A DNA stretch of 64,000 nt from Raillietiella orientalis (lineage: Eukaryota): NCBI GenBank assembly GCA_036172245.1, contig JAYWIR010000032.1:558001-622000 (forward strand), read 5' to 3'. Position 1 is the stretch's first letter. The number at the start of each line of letters is the position of its first letter. The notes under the pieces are model-generated. The model saw only the letters and a program-made list of their open reading frames with translations. It was not told the origin of the DNA and did no database searches. Shown piece by piece: positions 1 to 12,365 of the stretch. Both the position numbers and the translations under genes were made by a program.

Positions 1-798
1 TTCTTTCTTTCTTGAATGCTGGAAGCTGTTGACTGGGTGTCGAGAAGCCTTCTAGTGAAATGGTCGGCGTACTGAAAACGATAAAGAGATGATTTTCTGG
101 TGACTTGGAGAAGTCCTGCATTTGAGGGATCTCACATATACATTCACAGAAGAGCAAAACGCGGCAAAGCAAGAGTACCGTTCAATGGGTCTTGGGTTGC
201 GGAAATTCACGTAGATGACAAGTGCCAAACATGTCAACAAACAGAAAGTGAGCAGCCGAAACGTCTACTGTCGAAATCCATAGCGCAGACAATCTTGACG
301 TACATAAGCAGAAACGGATGCATTCTGCCAAAAATGAGGAAGACATGCAATGCTTGCTCCTTAAAGACTAGTGGGATGAATAGAATGGAGTCAACTGATC
401 CTGTGCGTCTTATAAGAATACTGAAAGCGAGGAGATTGACTGTCAACTCGAGAAAGCTGTTCCGGGGCTGAACACCACTAAAGAAGACCATGCTCGCTGC
501 CAACAAGCAGAGGATGGCAAGGAGCAAAGCTGGTACTAGGCAGCGGAAATGAAAACCTGAGTTGTTCTCTTGGGTAGTTACGGGGATAATCAAAGACTTT
601 GGGGAAGGAAAGGTTGGTTAGCAAAGAGCGGCTGCGAAAGTTACGGAGGAGGTGAGGTGAGTCTTAAAGCCCGCGTCTTAGAGAAGTCTTAACGGAAGAG
701 GGACGATAAGAATATGCGAAGATCTGATTCATCCCACGTGCAAAGGAGACAGAATAAAAGTCCACAATGAATAGGAGCGTACTCGCCCTTGGCTGTTA

Positions 799-1916
799 GT
801 ACTGGTCAACTCGAAGCAGTTGGAATGGAACGAGATGCGCAAGAAGCTGACCCCCATTCTCATGAAGCCGGCAAACGTGTAGCAGTACTTGCTCGAGCGG
901 AAAGCCATCTGCGGCGACCTCTTCCGCCTGCCGCTGGCCGGCATGAGCTGCGGCGGCGTGAACCGCGTGTGGTAACTCGTCTTCATGGCTATGAAGTTCA
1001 TCTGCCTGGTGTGCCTGGAGCGCCTCATGCCACACTCCTCCTGTCTCCGATGGCCCTGAAAAGCCCTCAGTTTCATCGAAGTTGTGCAACAGATGTGGAA
1101 GTACTACCAGAAGCTCTACTTCGGCTTCCTACTCTGAAAGTACCTGACCATGGAGGCCTGCAAAAAGTTCGCCAGGAACGAGACCTACATCTATGACATG
1201 TGCAACAGGTACATTGAAGAGTCGGTGGCTCTGATGAGGCGGGGAGGGAACTTCAGACCCAATCTCCAGGAATGCGAGATCAGCATCCTGAAGGCGTTCA
1301 TAAGCACCTTCGACCTGGACCCCGGAGGTATACGCACAACGATGATTGACTTCATCTCTGCAGGGATCGACAACACCGTCAACACCATCCTCTTTACGCT
1401 GTACCAGCTGGAGAAGAATCAGGAGGACCAGGAGAAGGTCAACGCAGAGATCCGCACTATTATGAGCCCCCAGGACTATATGGACGTGGCATCCTCAACG
1501 ACGCCACCTGAAGCACTGCATCAAGGAGACGTTCAGCTTGATGCCCACCATAACGAACATCGCGCGGGCGCTTCCCGAGGACGTCATCATCCAGAACTAA
1601 CACATTCACGCGAAGGTCCTCATATGCTGCCACACCCATGTGGTCTCTAGGACCGAGGTCAACTTCAAGGACGCACTGTGATTCGTGCCAAAGCGGTGGG
1701 CCTGAGAGCCGGCCAACCCGTTCCCGGGGCTGCCTTTCGGCTGGCGACCCCGCATGAACGTAGGCAAAAGGATCGCCGAGCAAGAGGTCTCCGTGCCCCT
1801 AATCAAGGGGCTGCTCCACTTCCGGGTCTCCTACGAGGGTAACATGGACACCGTCCGCCAGTTCCTCGTCATCCCCGAGACGCCGCTGAGGTTCCTTTTT
1901 CTTTGAAAGGTCGTAG
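799..1916 (+). pseudogene. Mitochondrial-clan cytochrome P450 pseudogene, shade/CYP314A1 (ecdysone 20-monooxygenase)-like; 5'-truncated and intronless
   Basis: Stitching frames gives LVNSKQLEWNEMRKKLTPILMKP (C-helix WxxxR, 826-840), LYFGFLL*KYLTMEACKKFARNETYIYD, I-helix DFISAGIDNTVNTILFTL, K-helix LKHCIKETFS (ExxR Arg lost), FVPKRW (PERW), heme loop PFGWRPRMNVG (1733-1765; Cys replaced by Asn, AAC 1757-1759) and C-terminal QFLVIPETPLRF. In-frame stops at 880, 1598 and 1679 among others, plus frameshifts near 1030-1090 and 1500. Closest to shade from recalled sequence (YYGLGLWKYF..DFARAEDLIYD; DFIAAGIETLANT; EFLLAPKTPL). Confidence 0.88.
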
Positions 1917-2181
1917 AGTTCTTGAGGAAAAGACCTTTCCAGATCGCGGAGATTACTCCGGATCCCAACTTGGATGCATCCTCTCAGATCTGTTTCCGGA
2001 ACTTCGCTCCAGAGGCAAATGAAAGGAAGATTCGATGGTCGAAGAGGGCACATTTCCGACTTAGCTTCAGATCGAAACCGGGAAATCATTATTGCCTAAC
2101 GGCCGCTCCTGTACTGGGAGCGGTTGTTACTTGAAACCGGCCTGCTTAATGCAGGCTGCTCACTGCATTCCCCCTCAAAGA

Positions 2182-2392
2182 CGGGCCTATTTGAAGTCTC
2201 TCCCACCGCATTTTTAGATCGCATTGTTGGATGCCGTGCTGATCGCGTGCGCTGACGTCACGCCACGAAGCCGCGCTTGGGGCGGGCCTATTTGAAGCCT
2301 CTCCCACGGTATTTTTAGATCACATTGTTGGCCGCCGTGCTGATCGTAATACTCGGACATCACTCTGCGAAGTCGGACTTGGGTGGACGGGT
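2182..2392. repeat. Diverged tandem duplication, ~101-bp period (2 units)
   Basis: CGGGCCTATTTGAAG(T/C)CTCTCCCAC..ATTTTTAGATC(G/A)CATTGTTGG..GCCGTGCTGATCG starts at 2182 and again at 2283. Confidence 0.85.
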
Positions 2393-4215
2393 CTGAGTTC
2401 TCTCACCCCTCAGTTTCATTTTCTCTTTCAGTCTGGGAAGACATCGAAGACAAAAGGATAAAATCTCTGGTCCTGGGGGATGCTTCACTTTAGAATGGAG
2501 GAGTGCTTTCAGACGAACGTCCTCCGGCACTCCTCAGCGTTGCAGGAGGGAGCGAAGAACAGAAATTCAGGCTTTCTGGTAGTGCGCAGGGTGCACGAGA
2601 TTCCTTTTTCTTCGTCGAGGTCGAGGGCTGGAAAGAGGCCATCGTCCTGTAGTCCTTCGGAATCAATCTGAACCAAAAATAGGTTGCTCGCGTCGAGTCG
2701 CGGGGCGCTTCGGACTCGGCTCCTGGACCGAGCCCTCTTCCGTTCGCATCTGAGAGGAAAAGATTGTCGTCGGCGAGAGAGCTGCGACGGCTGCGCGTTT
2801 CCGCGGTCGCTTACATCCTGTCGGGATACCGAGGAAGACGGGAAGGCGCGGACGTTTTTGTTTTTGCGACGACACCCGAAGATTTCGTCGCATTTCGGGG
2901 GAAGGGGGGGGGGGGGGAGAAGGAACAGTCGCGTTTTCGCCACTGCCACTCACTGTCCATTCATCATCGCTGGCAGTTGATGAATTGGCCTCAACGAGTT
3001 CCTCCGATGATTTTATTTTTTTTTGTGTGTTTTCCTTTTGTGGAGTGTTTGCTTCTTATCCGGGTGTGAGGAGATCTCGAAAGCTCGGACATCCAGCTGG
3101 AAGCGGCGGCGGCGTTCCCTTCGAGCTGGAGGGAGAAGCCGCTGCGGACCGGGAACGGTCCACTTCTTCGAAGCAGCCAAACCCGGTTGCTCCTGAGACG
3201 GTGCCGGGGGCGTCCTTCCCTCACCCGGAAGTGGAACAACTGCGTGGAGGGAAAAGCAGCAGCGCGACCTCTTGCAGGCTTCTCCTGGAGACCGGCGGCG
3301 GAGTAAAAGGCGACACTGTCGCAATCCTCGCAGACGCGCGCTCCACCTCCACATACGAGGAATGCCCGCCGCATGCGCACGCAAGCGCGCAGCTTCGACG
3401 CGCACCGGCGAGCGAGGAAGGAACGAAGCCTCTACGTCGAGCTTTTTATTGTGGTGTCCAAGGAGAGCCAAGTTGACACACCACTGTTTGTTCCTGCTGA
3501 TGCGTTTAGAAATCAATTCGGGGAGAATTACTCTTGGTCGCATGTAAACGACAGAGGGGGAAGGCAAGAACGCTGGCCAATTCCACAAACAAGATATTGT
3601 TAGTAGTCTTGCGCGCTCGCATTTGCATAAAGCTCGTTCGTCGCGGGGCTGGGATTTCGAAATTCCTCGGGACGCGTCCGCTCTGCACGGGGAGAAAACG
3701 TTCTGTTTACACGCGCCTCGAGCAAACACAGAAATCCGGGGTGCCAGACCCGGAGTTCCTGCGGGACGGGGGCGATCTGGCTCTCGAAGTGGCAGAAGGC
3801 GCCTGAATGGCGGAGTGGAGCGATCCGTAGATACAGGGGGGGAGAGCCACGGCACGGGAGGCACGGGAAGAGGAGATGCGCTCCCGCATCTGTGAGGTGA
3901 ACCGCCGCCTCGACTCTCTCTGGCGGGCGGTTCGTTGAAGCAGGGGACACCCTTGGGCGTTGATATGGGAGTAGAAAGGCAGTGACGGTGGCGCCGACAC
4001 GAACAGCAAAGTGCCGCACGTCCTACCCGTCTATCCGAGCTCCAGTTTGGGAAACAGATGGGGGAAGGGTTGATGGGTGGATGTAGCCTGCCTGGACCAG
4101 AAATAGGGACAAGCGATACGCCCCGCACATCTGAAGTCCTTGAGTGCGGCACCTACAACTCTACGACAGGGAGCACAAGCCCAGGATCTTAGAGGACGGA
4201 AGAGTGGACGATGGG

Positions 4216-4545
4216 TTGACACCCGGTCACTCCGGGACCTTTATTTATAAAAAGTGAACATAAAAGTGAACATGTCTGTGGCAGGATATTTGATTCTGCC
4301 AAGTCAATCATAAGAACTAGAAGGAATCTGCCTAGAAGGAACTAGAAGGACAAACAAAAAAGAAAAAATTAAATAAAAAGATACAGTCAATAAATGGGGG
4401 GTTCGGGAAAGGGTCATTGTGCCGGAGGGTGTCCTCTGGATCCTTGTAAGGATGTTGTCAAGTCCCTGTTTCAAGACTCCCAGATGGGATCATCTTGACA
4501 CTACCCTCATGAAGAGGGCAGCAGATTAGATGGCTTCCCAAGGAC
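4216..4545 (-). mobile_element. 5'-truncated L1/Tx1-like non-LTR retrotransposon 3' end (copy A) with 10-bp TSD
   Basis: Minus strand reads AI*SAALFMRVVSR*SHLGVLKQGLDNILTRIQR, homologous to the ORF2 C-termini of copies B, C and D. It ends TATAAATAAAGGTCCCGGAGTGACCGGGTGTCAA. Direct repeat GGACGATGGG at 4206-4215 and 4546-4555. Confidence 0.85.
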
Positions 4546-7500
4546 GGACGATGGGAGATCCCGGCTGGCAGCTAAAAGACACCCTGATGGAGTCTTGCGA
4601 CCGTGTCATCTGGCTCGACGCATGCTACTCAGTGGAAGGCGTGCTAATGGAAAAGAGGAAAACATTGGATAGACGTGCTTTTCCCTTCAACTTCAGGGAC
4701 CTCAGAGTTAGCTCACGTATTGGCGTATTGAGATCCTGAAATCTCGAGAAACAGTTGGAAATTTCGGGAAAGTACGCGGTGAAAACGATGTCGTCCGGAA
4801 TCGAGCACAGCCGGGACATCTACCGGAGACAACGGTTACGACTCCGGACGGCGGAGCGCCCACATGATCGAAGCAACAGAAGTCTTTAGCGCCACGAGAC
4901 TCTACAATAGTGTGTGTATCAATGATCTTCAGGAATGTTGAAAAAAGTCTCGTGGTGATCTTGTCCATGGATACCTCAGACTAGCCAAGGCTTCCAAGGA
5001 AACACTTCAATCTTAGCCAGAAGCTTCAGGATGTTCAACCCCATACTACCGTTGGTGCTATGAGCACGAATATCTTTCCTGAACCGCTGATGAAACCCAT
5101 AATTCTGGATCAGGTGGAGGCTACCGATGTGAGGAAGTGTTCTGCAAGGAAGACGCTGACGAAGAGAGAATGCTCCAAGGGCAAGCAAAAAGAGTGATCC
5201 ACAGTAGCCTTGCCCCGAAAGTCTCTTAAAGCGGAAATGATGCTTGGGTGGTGAACGGAACGCGGGAATCACTCTCTGGACAAGAGGGGCATAAATGAAA
5301 AGCAAATACGCAGAGGACCTCGGAAAACTACTGGAAACAAGCAGACGCGATAAGGAAGGGTGGCATTCACAGAACCGATGATGTCCGTCCAAAACACGTT
5401 GATGCTAGTGACTTCTCAGGACTCCAGGATAACTTCTGATGCTCTTCTCTGATGGGAAAGGGAAATCAGTTTGAACCTGTGCCTATAAAAAAAATTTAAA
5501 AAAGCACCATTTCGATGCTTGCAATGCTCCTGGAACAACGACGAACATCAAGAGAATCTGAAGGCACAAAGTTGAGAGTGAAACTCACCCTGGATCTGTC
5601 TCTCTCGAAGACTTCTGAATCCACAAGAAATGCAATAGCCACCGGTGTCCAAGTAATGAAAGCTGAGAGGATGCAACTGCAGTCGAGGTATCATCATTAC
5701 AACAATGATTTCAAGATTTGTGAATGTCATGAATACTTAAAATATGAACAAATATATGATATTGTACGTTATGGTAAGGAAAGACTGAGATACAGTAGAC
5801 ACGAACAATCCGTTAAAGGATTGCAATGCAGTATTCGTACGATGACTCAACTTGCGTCATAAGCTAAAATCGCCAAGAATTTACCTTGTAGTCTTCAATA
5901 TTCGAGATCACGAAATAAAGTGTGTATCAATGATAATGTTCATTAAACATTACAATGATGCAATGTTCAGGTAAATCAAACACACGGATCAAAATCAGTC
6001 GAAGATTTCTTATTGTTCAGTGTGATTAATGAGCACATTTTACATCCTATAAGTATTGGATTTGATTCCACCGATTCCGAAGAGCCGTCATGTGAAAGTC
6101 GAAAGAGCTCTCTTCGAAGCGCTCTTCAAACTGTGTTTGCATACCTCTACACCTCTATACATGTTCATATTGAGCTAATGAAAAGAAAAAAAAACTCATT
6201 CAAGTGGTTCATCCCAGAATGAGAGGCTGCGTTTAAAAGGAAGCGTACGAAACCGAATCTTAGTTCAAAGGAAATGAATTAGAAATTGGCATCATTGAAG
6301 CTTATTCAACGGAACATCGAGAGGAATCGCGACGTAGGGGGTTTTGGAGATGGATGGCAGACCGAAAATTCGATGTGGTCTTCAAGAGCACCGAGTGTGT
6401 GGGACGCGTGAATGTATGGATGGGAAAACCACACTCACGCTTCGTGCGGTCATTCAGAAGTCCCTCTTCTACAGAAAATAAAACTTATAAAATCTTTATC
6501 GTTTCATTCCATGGTTTCGTTGCACAGAGCAAGAGGAAATCTATCCGTTTTCCCTATTAATCATATTTCTTTCAACTATGTCACGAGATGCCTCCCTGTC
6601 ATCAGTTTTTACAGGAGTACCACTTTATTGGAAACAGTAATATCTTGAATCTTGCAAATGCTTTACGGATGTACATGCTCATCCGCTCAACTGTTTCATT
6701 CCAGAAAAAAAGTGTCATGATAAACTTTAACTCCAAGTTTCCTTTAATCACAAAAATCTGCTCATTTTCCTTCGAGTTTCATAAATAATCATCATAAATA
6801 CAAGTGCTTTATATTTACGATCGTGATTCAAAGCTTACGTCATCCAAGAAACTTCACTTCCTTTTCCGGACATCGGCGTACTCGGAAGAATCAAATCTTT
6901 TCAGCCGCTCTTCCACATTGTCTTGTTCGATCTAAATTTATGCAAGAAAAAAAAAAAAGCAAAAAGTCGCTTTGCTAGCAGAGTGCATTTTCTGGACATT
7001 ACGATTCTTACACGCAGAAAATGATATCACGTACCTGGGTACCACCGTGCACTATTCTTCCTTCAAGGAGAGAATAATGACTTGAATCAGACAGCCTTCA
7101 CACGTACTCGGATTAGGAGTGGCTTGTACACAAAACAAGGTTACCCTTTCTCTACTTTCTGATAGTGCATTCGAACCATGCGCCCTATTTTCTGAGTCGC
7201 TTTACATTCTGAGAAATCATATTTTTGTGTTTCTGCATCAACCGACATCAGGAAATTCACAACAAAATCCTGAAGCTTTTGAAAGGAAAGGTTCATCGAG
7301 TTCTGAACAAGTGCATAAACAACCGCGAATAAATCGACGTTGTCAAAGTGACAAACACGTGTATCCATTCCTATGTCCAACAAAGTCAGTGCTTACTTCC
7401 CTTTTGATTTATCGATCTGTTTTTTATAAATCGGTGCTCGAATGTTTTCTACCCGTTTCATACTAATCTAATAAAGATTTTGTTTGTTAAAATTTTCCAT

Positions 7501-7944
7501 ATTGCGCAGGTCGAATTTTAGAATGTCACTTCGAAAGTCACGATAATCCTGGACACTGAAAATCGTGCTCAGGAGACGCCGAGATAATGTGACCTGACAG
7601 GAACTGAAATGTTTCTACATAAAAAGGTTTTAAAATGATGAAGCTTAAGAGAAAGTCAGATGCATTTTTTAAACCATGGAAAATAATTAATTAAGCACTT
7701 CCATATATGGAAGCAAATATAAAAAAGTTTGATGAAATGCATGCATGCATGTGCCCATGTGATGATGATGTACGATTAAAGCATGGTTTAGGATAAATTA
7801 TTCCATGTGATGATAACGTTATGCATGCCTTGCAGTAATCCAGTATGTTACGTCTTCAATATCCATTCTATGTCTCGTTCATTTCTCCACTCGATCGGTA
7901 AAATCGGTGATGTCTCAATGCAGTCTTGCACGGCAAACTATGCC

Positions 7945-8150
7945 GCGCATTGTTGCGTGCACCCGCCTGTGAGCCAATGTCGTGTAGCGTTGTGCTCTGG
8001 CTGCGCATTGTTGCGTGCACCCGCCTGTGAGCCAATGTCGTGCAGCGTTGTGCTCTGGCTGCGCATTGTTGCGTGCACCCGCCTGTGAGCCAATGTCGTG
8101 CAGCGTTGTGCTCTGGCTGCGCATTGTTGCGTGCACCCGCCTGTGAGCCA
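7945..8150. repeat. Minisatellite, 58-bp unit x ~3.5
   Basis: GCGCATTGTTGCGTGCACCCGCCTGTGAGCCAATGTCGTG(T/C)AGCGTTGTGCTCTGGCT starts at 7945, 8003, 8061 and 8119; units nearly identical. Confidence 0.97.
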
Positions 8151-11100
8151 GTAATGCATAGTTCCATGCCACAGCTACATCTTCGAATCACATTCCTTTT
8201 GACATTTCTGTTGCATCGGAATAGAAAATGAATCAGCAAACTTATGTAAATGTAAAAGGTGTCACTATTAATTTAGATTTATGGATTTTCTTTAATCTGC
8301 ATTTCTGGAAACTGAGGAAAACTTGGACAATGAATGAAAGTAACGAGAAAAATAAACAAGCATGATTTTTGCTTATAGGATGGGGGGAGGGAGAATCAAA
8401 AATCCTCATTTAAAATAAACAGGCGGACTCCAAGAAATGCATTGCATAATGGATCTCATCCAATTAGATTCCAGTTGAATTTAAGGTTTTTTTTCCCCCT
8501 CCACTAAGCTTAGGAGCATAAGTTAGGCATGCCATTTATTTCCTACAAGCATCGGTTGTTTATATGATCTTCGCTTTCTCATACAAAATGAATCTCTCAT
8601 TATGCAAGCAAAGCGAGAAGAAAATCATATCGTGGGGAATCACGAGAATCGATCTAGTTTACTGAATTCAATAGGCTACTTGCATGATGAGCGCATTCTC
8701 CGTCATAGGGAATGCCTCATTTCGTCTCATACTGAAGGCTTGGGTGCGAAAGCCGTATTCAAGAGGAATGAGATCTTCACGTGCCGTGTCTGATTTGGAA
8801 ACATTAAGTGCGTTTGATAAACCAACAACAGTCAAAACCGCAGTTTCAAGTAAGACGTGTTTTTGTGAATGCGCTTTTGTAAAAATGGGTCTCGATTGGC
8901 ATCGGCAAGGTCTCAGTGCTGAATCGAAAACATCCTCAAACTTACCGGAAAAAGAAATACACCAAAGTGACGCTCTAGCGATGCACTGAAGTTCTGAAGC
9001 GAGGCATTTTCTCCTATGACCTTACGTTCGCAGATTCGCTTATTGTGACGATTCCTAGAATTGTTTTGCACACTGAAAATGAATCACCACAAATTCTAAG
9101 GCAACGTGCTCCTCTTATGTTTCCAAGAACAAATAATTCTGGCATCATTAAACGGGAGAGCGCAGTGAAATTTACTAATGTATATCTCTCCTAATGCTTT
9201 ACATAATGGCAAAGACGACTATTATGCAGGCACAGTAGCAAATCCGCTACACTTTACAGTTTGGATTCTCCCAGTGTGAAAAATTGCTTGCAAACAAACA
9301 AGGAAAACTTTCCAAGAGAGCGAAGTTATCCTTTGAATCAGTGCATCCGTGGAAAAAAAAAAAAAACCTTTTGTGAGTCGTAATTGCCAACCCTCTCTGT
9401 CTCCCAAAGTAGCGTGAGGGACAAAGTTGAGTTCCTTCATGTTCACCCATGCCTGAAGACATCGAGACTACGAAGCGCCGAGCTGGGAGGATGGAAATTA
9501 CATTGAAACTTTTACATCACATGGCGTCTTCGATGCACTCCTCGGGTCAAAATGCCATTCCGGTTTGTGGCCTGTGGCTCAATCAGCATTTCATCATTGC
9601 TTTCAGAAACGCAAGAATATTCACAAACATGGTTTCCTCGGTTGTTTGCACTTCGATTTCTGCACACGGAGCTCCACCAGTAAAATCACAACCTTCTTTG
9701 CCTACCTGCAAATGAAATTTTACTGAATTATCTGCTTGTCGCACAGAGTGCAGAATATTAAATAAGTATTTTTCCACAGAGAGCTGTAATCATCAGATGT
9801 CTTGCAATTTGCTTTTAAATTAGCCATCGGCAATGCACTCCATGATTCCTCGTCTAAATTTAATTGCATAATTGTGGATGGAGAATCGGATTTTTTTGTC
9901 CATCTGCCTCAAAAACCAAGTGGTGCTACGGAGCACCATTATATCTGCAGGTGCTCTCTTCCAAGTACGGTTTCCGCAATAGCTGGTTCATCAAAGCTTT
10001 TCTTGTATGCAGGGAGATATCAACTGCTGCATGGGGGGAGGGGGAATAAAAACACGTGCTCTTGGAGAGTTCTAGTTTTGTCCACAGATCGAGGAGGTCT
10101 GTAAATTGAAGCTGCACCAGGAGCTAACAAGATGCAAGGCACGATCTCACCTTGGCAGCACCGCATCCAGCTCGCTAGAAACAATCTCTGATTCTTCCGA
10201 GTACCAGTGCCATACTGCCTTCCCGAATCACTTCTACAGCCAACGAAGATGGAACCCGATTTTCCCAACCTCATCTTCCATTACTTCCACACACAGGGGG
10301 AGAACGAGAAATCCATAGGAAACAAACCTGGAATGATGCAGAAGAGAGCCACGAATGAGAATGTTTTTGAGCATTCGAAACCGTTGAGATGTAAAGCCTA
10401 ATTAGCATGTCAACTACGTTAAGAAGGATGACTTGAAAAAAATCAATCAAACTTCATTCAGGTCTCTTCCGCCATTACGCGTGCGAGTCCTGCCATAGCA
10501 CGTCCAAGCGAAGCGAGCTCTTCATTTTTTTTTTCTTTTCCCTGTGTTGTTTCACTGACTTCAGATTTTCCGTGCCACCGGAAAATGTTCGAAATCTGGA
10601 AGGCACCTCCTGCTTCTGCCGGGCAGCATAGTGTTGCGAAGAATACGGGCCTGTGGCTCCTTGTTGGTCTCTTCTACGCTTGCACTCATCTTCAGAGATG
10701 TCAGATAAAAGGGTAGAGGAGAGAGAGCATGAGTCAGTGCCGCAGGGAAACGGAGCTCAGTAAAAAAAAAAAAAAACAGAATTTTTAGTTTCCTTGTCGC
10801 CTTCGAGACCCGTCTCTTGCAAACGCTGAACTTCTCGCAGTCACAGCTGCAATGCTCACGTTTTTCATCTTAATCTCTTGCAGATTGACCAATTTCATCT
10901 TTACGGTTCGGAGAAGGTGCCGAAATAAAGCCTCTTGGAGTCGTCCTGGTCACGGCAGCACTGTCCGCAGCCTTTGGGATCGTCCTCAGCACCTTCCTCA
11001 TGATTCGATCCCTGCGGAGAGCTGGAGAAGAATTCCTGGAGCTCAGACACGAATCCATGGCGTTTGGGGAGTGCTCTCTTAGTGAAGAATGAGCAGCCAT

Positions 11101-12259
11101 TTTTCACTTTTGCCTTCCCCTCTCATCCTCCCGTGTGCTGCAGCGGACCGGATGATGAAGAACTGACCAGTGTGAGCTAAAGGTCCTTCCGGTGAAGAGA
11201 ATAGTATCCCTCCTGTCTCGAAAAAGACCGCCGGTTGCCTTTTCCACGAATAGCAATAGAGAGCATTGGAAAGTGGTTCTTCACTTGTGACATTCACATC
11301 TTCTGATGCCGGATAGCATCGGAAGATGCAAAACTGCAGGGGGTGTTCGCTCATCTTAGGGAATTTGCATCAGTCAGCGCAAACGAAATATCCAGATTCC
11401 CTACGAGAAGCACCTCCAGGCGGACATCCGAATTAGGGGTGTTCAGTTTCAGCAGTTTGCAGCATGCGCAAGGAAGTTCAAGTGGGTGTGTGCCAGCGAC
11501 GAGAGGAACTGAGGTCAGGTTGCCTGGCAGCGGATTTGCGGTCCGCTGGGAAAATCCTTTGGGAATCTAATGAAGATCACTGTTTGGTCCCTTTTCATAA
11601 GAGTTCGTCTGGATAGCAAGGCTTCGTAACCACCGTTAGGCACGTCGACTTTCGTAAACATTTCCGAATGTGGACAGATTTCCGTGACGTTTGAGCACGG
11701 CGTTGACTTTCATAAATATTTATCGAGGAAAACCACGGGAAGCTGGAAAATTCAGCCATGCCATCTGGAGTGTCGTCGCCCGGCAATCCTGCTGAGTGCG
11801 GGAGTTCATGAGGCAGCACCCTGATGGGTCATTTGAATTCCGGGGGATCTTCCCCGTTTCCGAGTTCGGCGAAAAAGCAGTCTCAAGGAGAAGAAAGAGG
11901 AACGGCGGCCGGGAGAGAGCGCGCGTCCCTGGTCCGAGGAAAGCCGAGATCGGCCGTGATCTCTCGAGCTGGCAGCCACCAGGCTTTTTTTTGTGTGTGT
12001 GTTTTTTTTTCTTCCTCTCTCTACCTTTCCGGTCTCGAGCTCAGATGTTTATCCAACAAACGAACGATGCCCGACATCATCTTGTTTTCTTATTACGATG
12101 ATCGCATTTTTAAATGCCTAGTGAGAGGATAATAGACAATTTACGAGGAGGACATGCTGAGAATGCACGAAGAGTGACCAGTCACGCCGGAAGAGTGGCT
12201 GCCGCAATCCGAGAAAAGACAATGCGTTTGATACTTCTTCAGCTGACGCGATTTTGGCG

Positions 12260-12365
12260 AGCGCAGCGCGCGCGCGCGCACAACTCGAGCCACGGAGGAG
12301 GCGCGCAGATTTTCTCTCTCTCTCTCTCTCTCCCTCTCTCTTTCCCTCTCTCCTCCCCTTCCTCC
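12260..12365. promoter_or_regulatory. (CG)n run plus (CT)n/GAGA tract; candidate promoter or regulatory region upstream of the NR0A gene
   Basis: GCGCGCGCGCGC followed by a long TCTCTC tract near the start of the GC-rich block, ~5 kb upstream of the ATG. Function is inference only. Confidence 0.3.

Noticed and set aside
100..471. W..EIH.DDKCQTC as a RAG1/Chapaev-like zinc motif
   Set aside because: A single short motif with no transposase core or TIR visible in the window; insufficient evidence.
3013..4152. 379-aa minus-strand ORF
   Set aside because: Non-ATG start, no motifs, and overlapping ORFs in many frames indicate GC-rich noise.
12178..12195. Minus-strand TTCCGGCGTGACTGG resembling the retroelement terminal hairpin
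   Set aside because: It lacks the adjacent TATAAATAAA and any UTR or ORF2 homology; likely coincidental.
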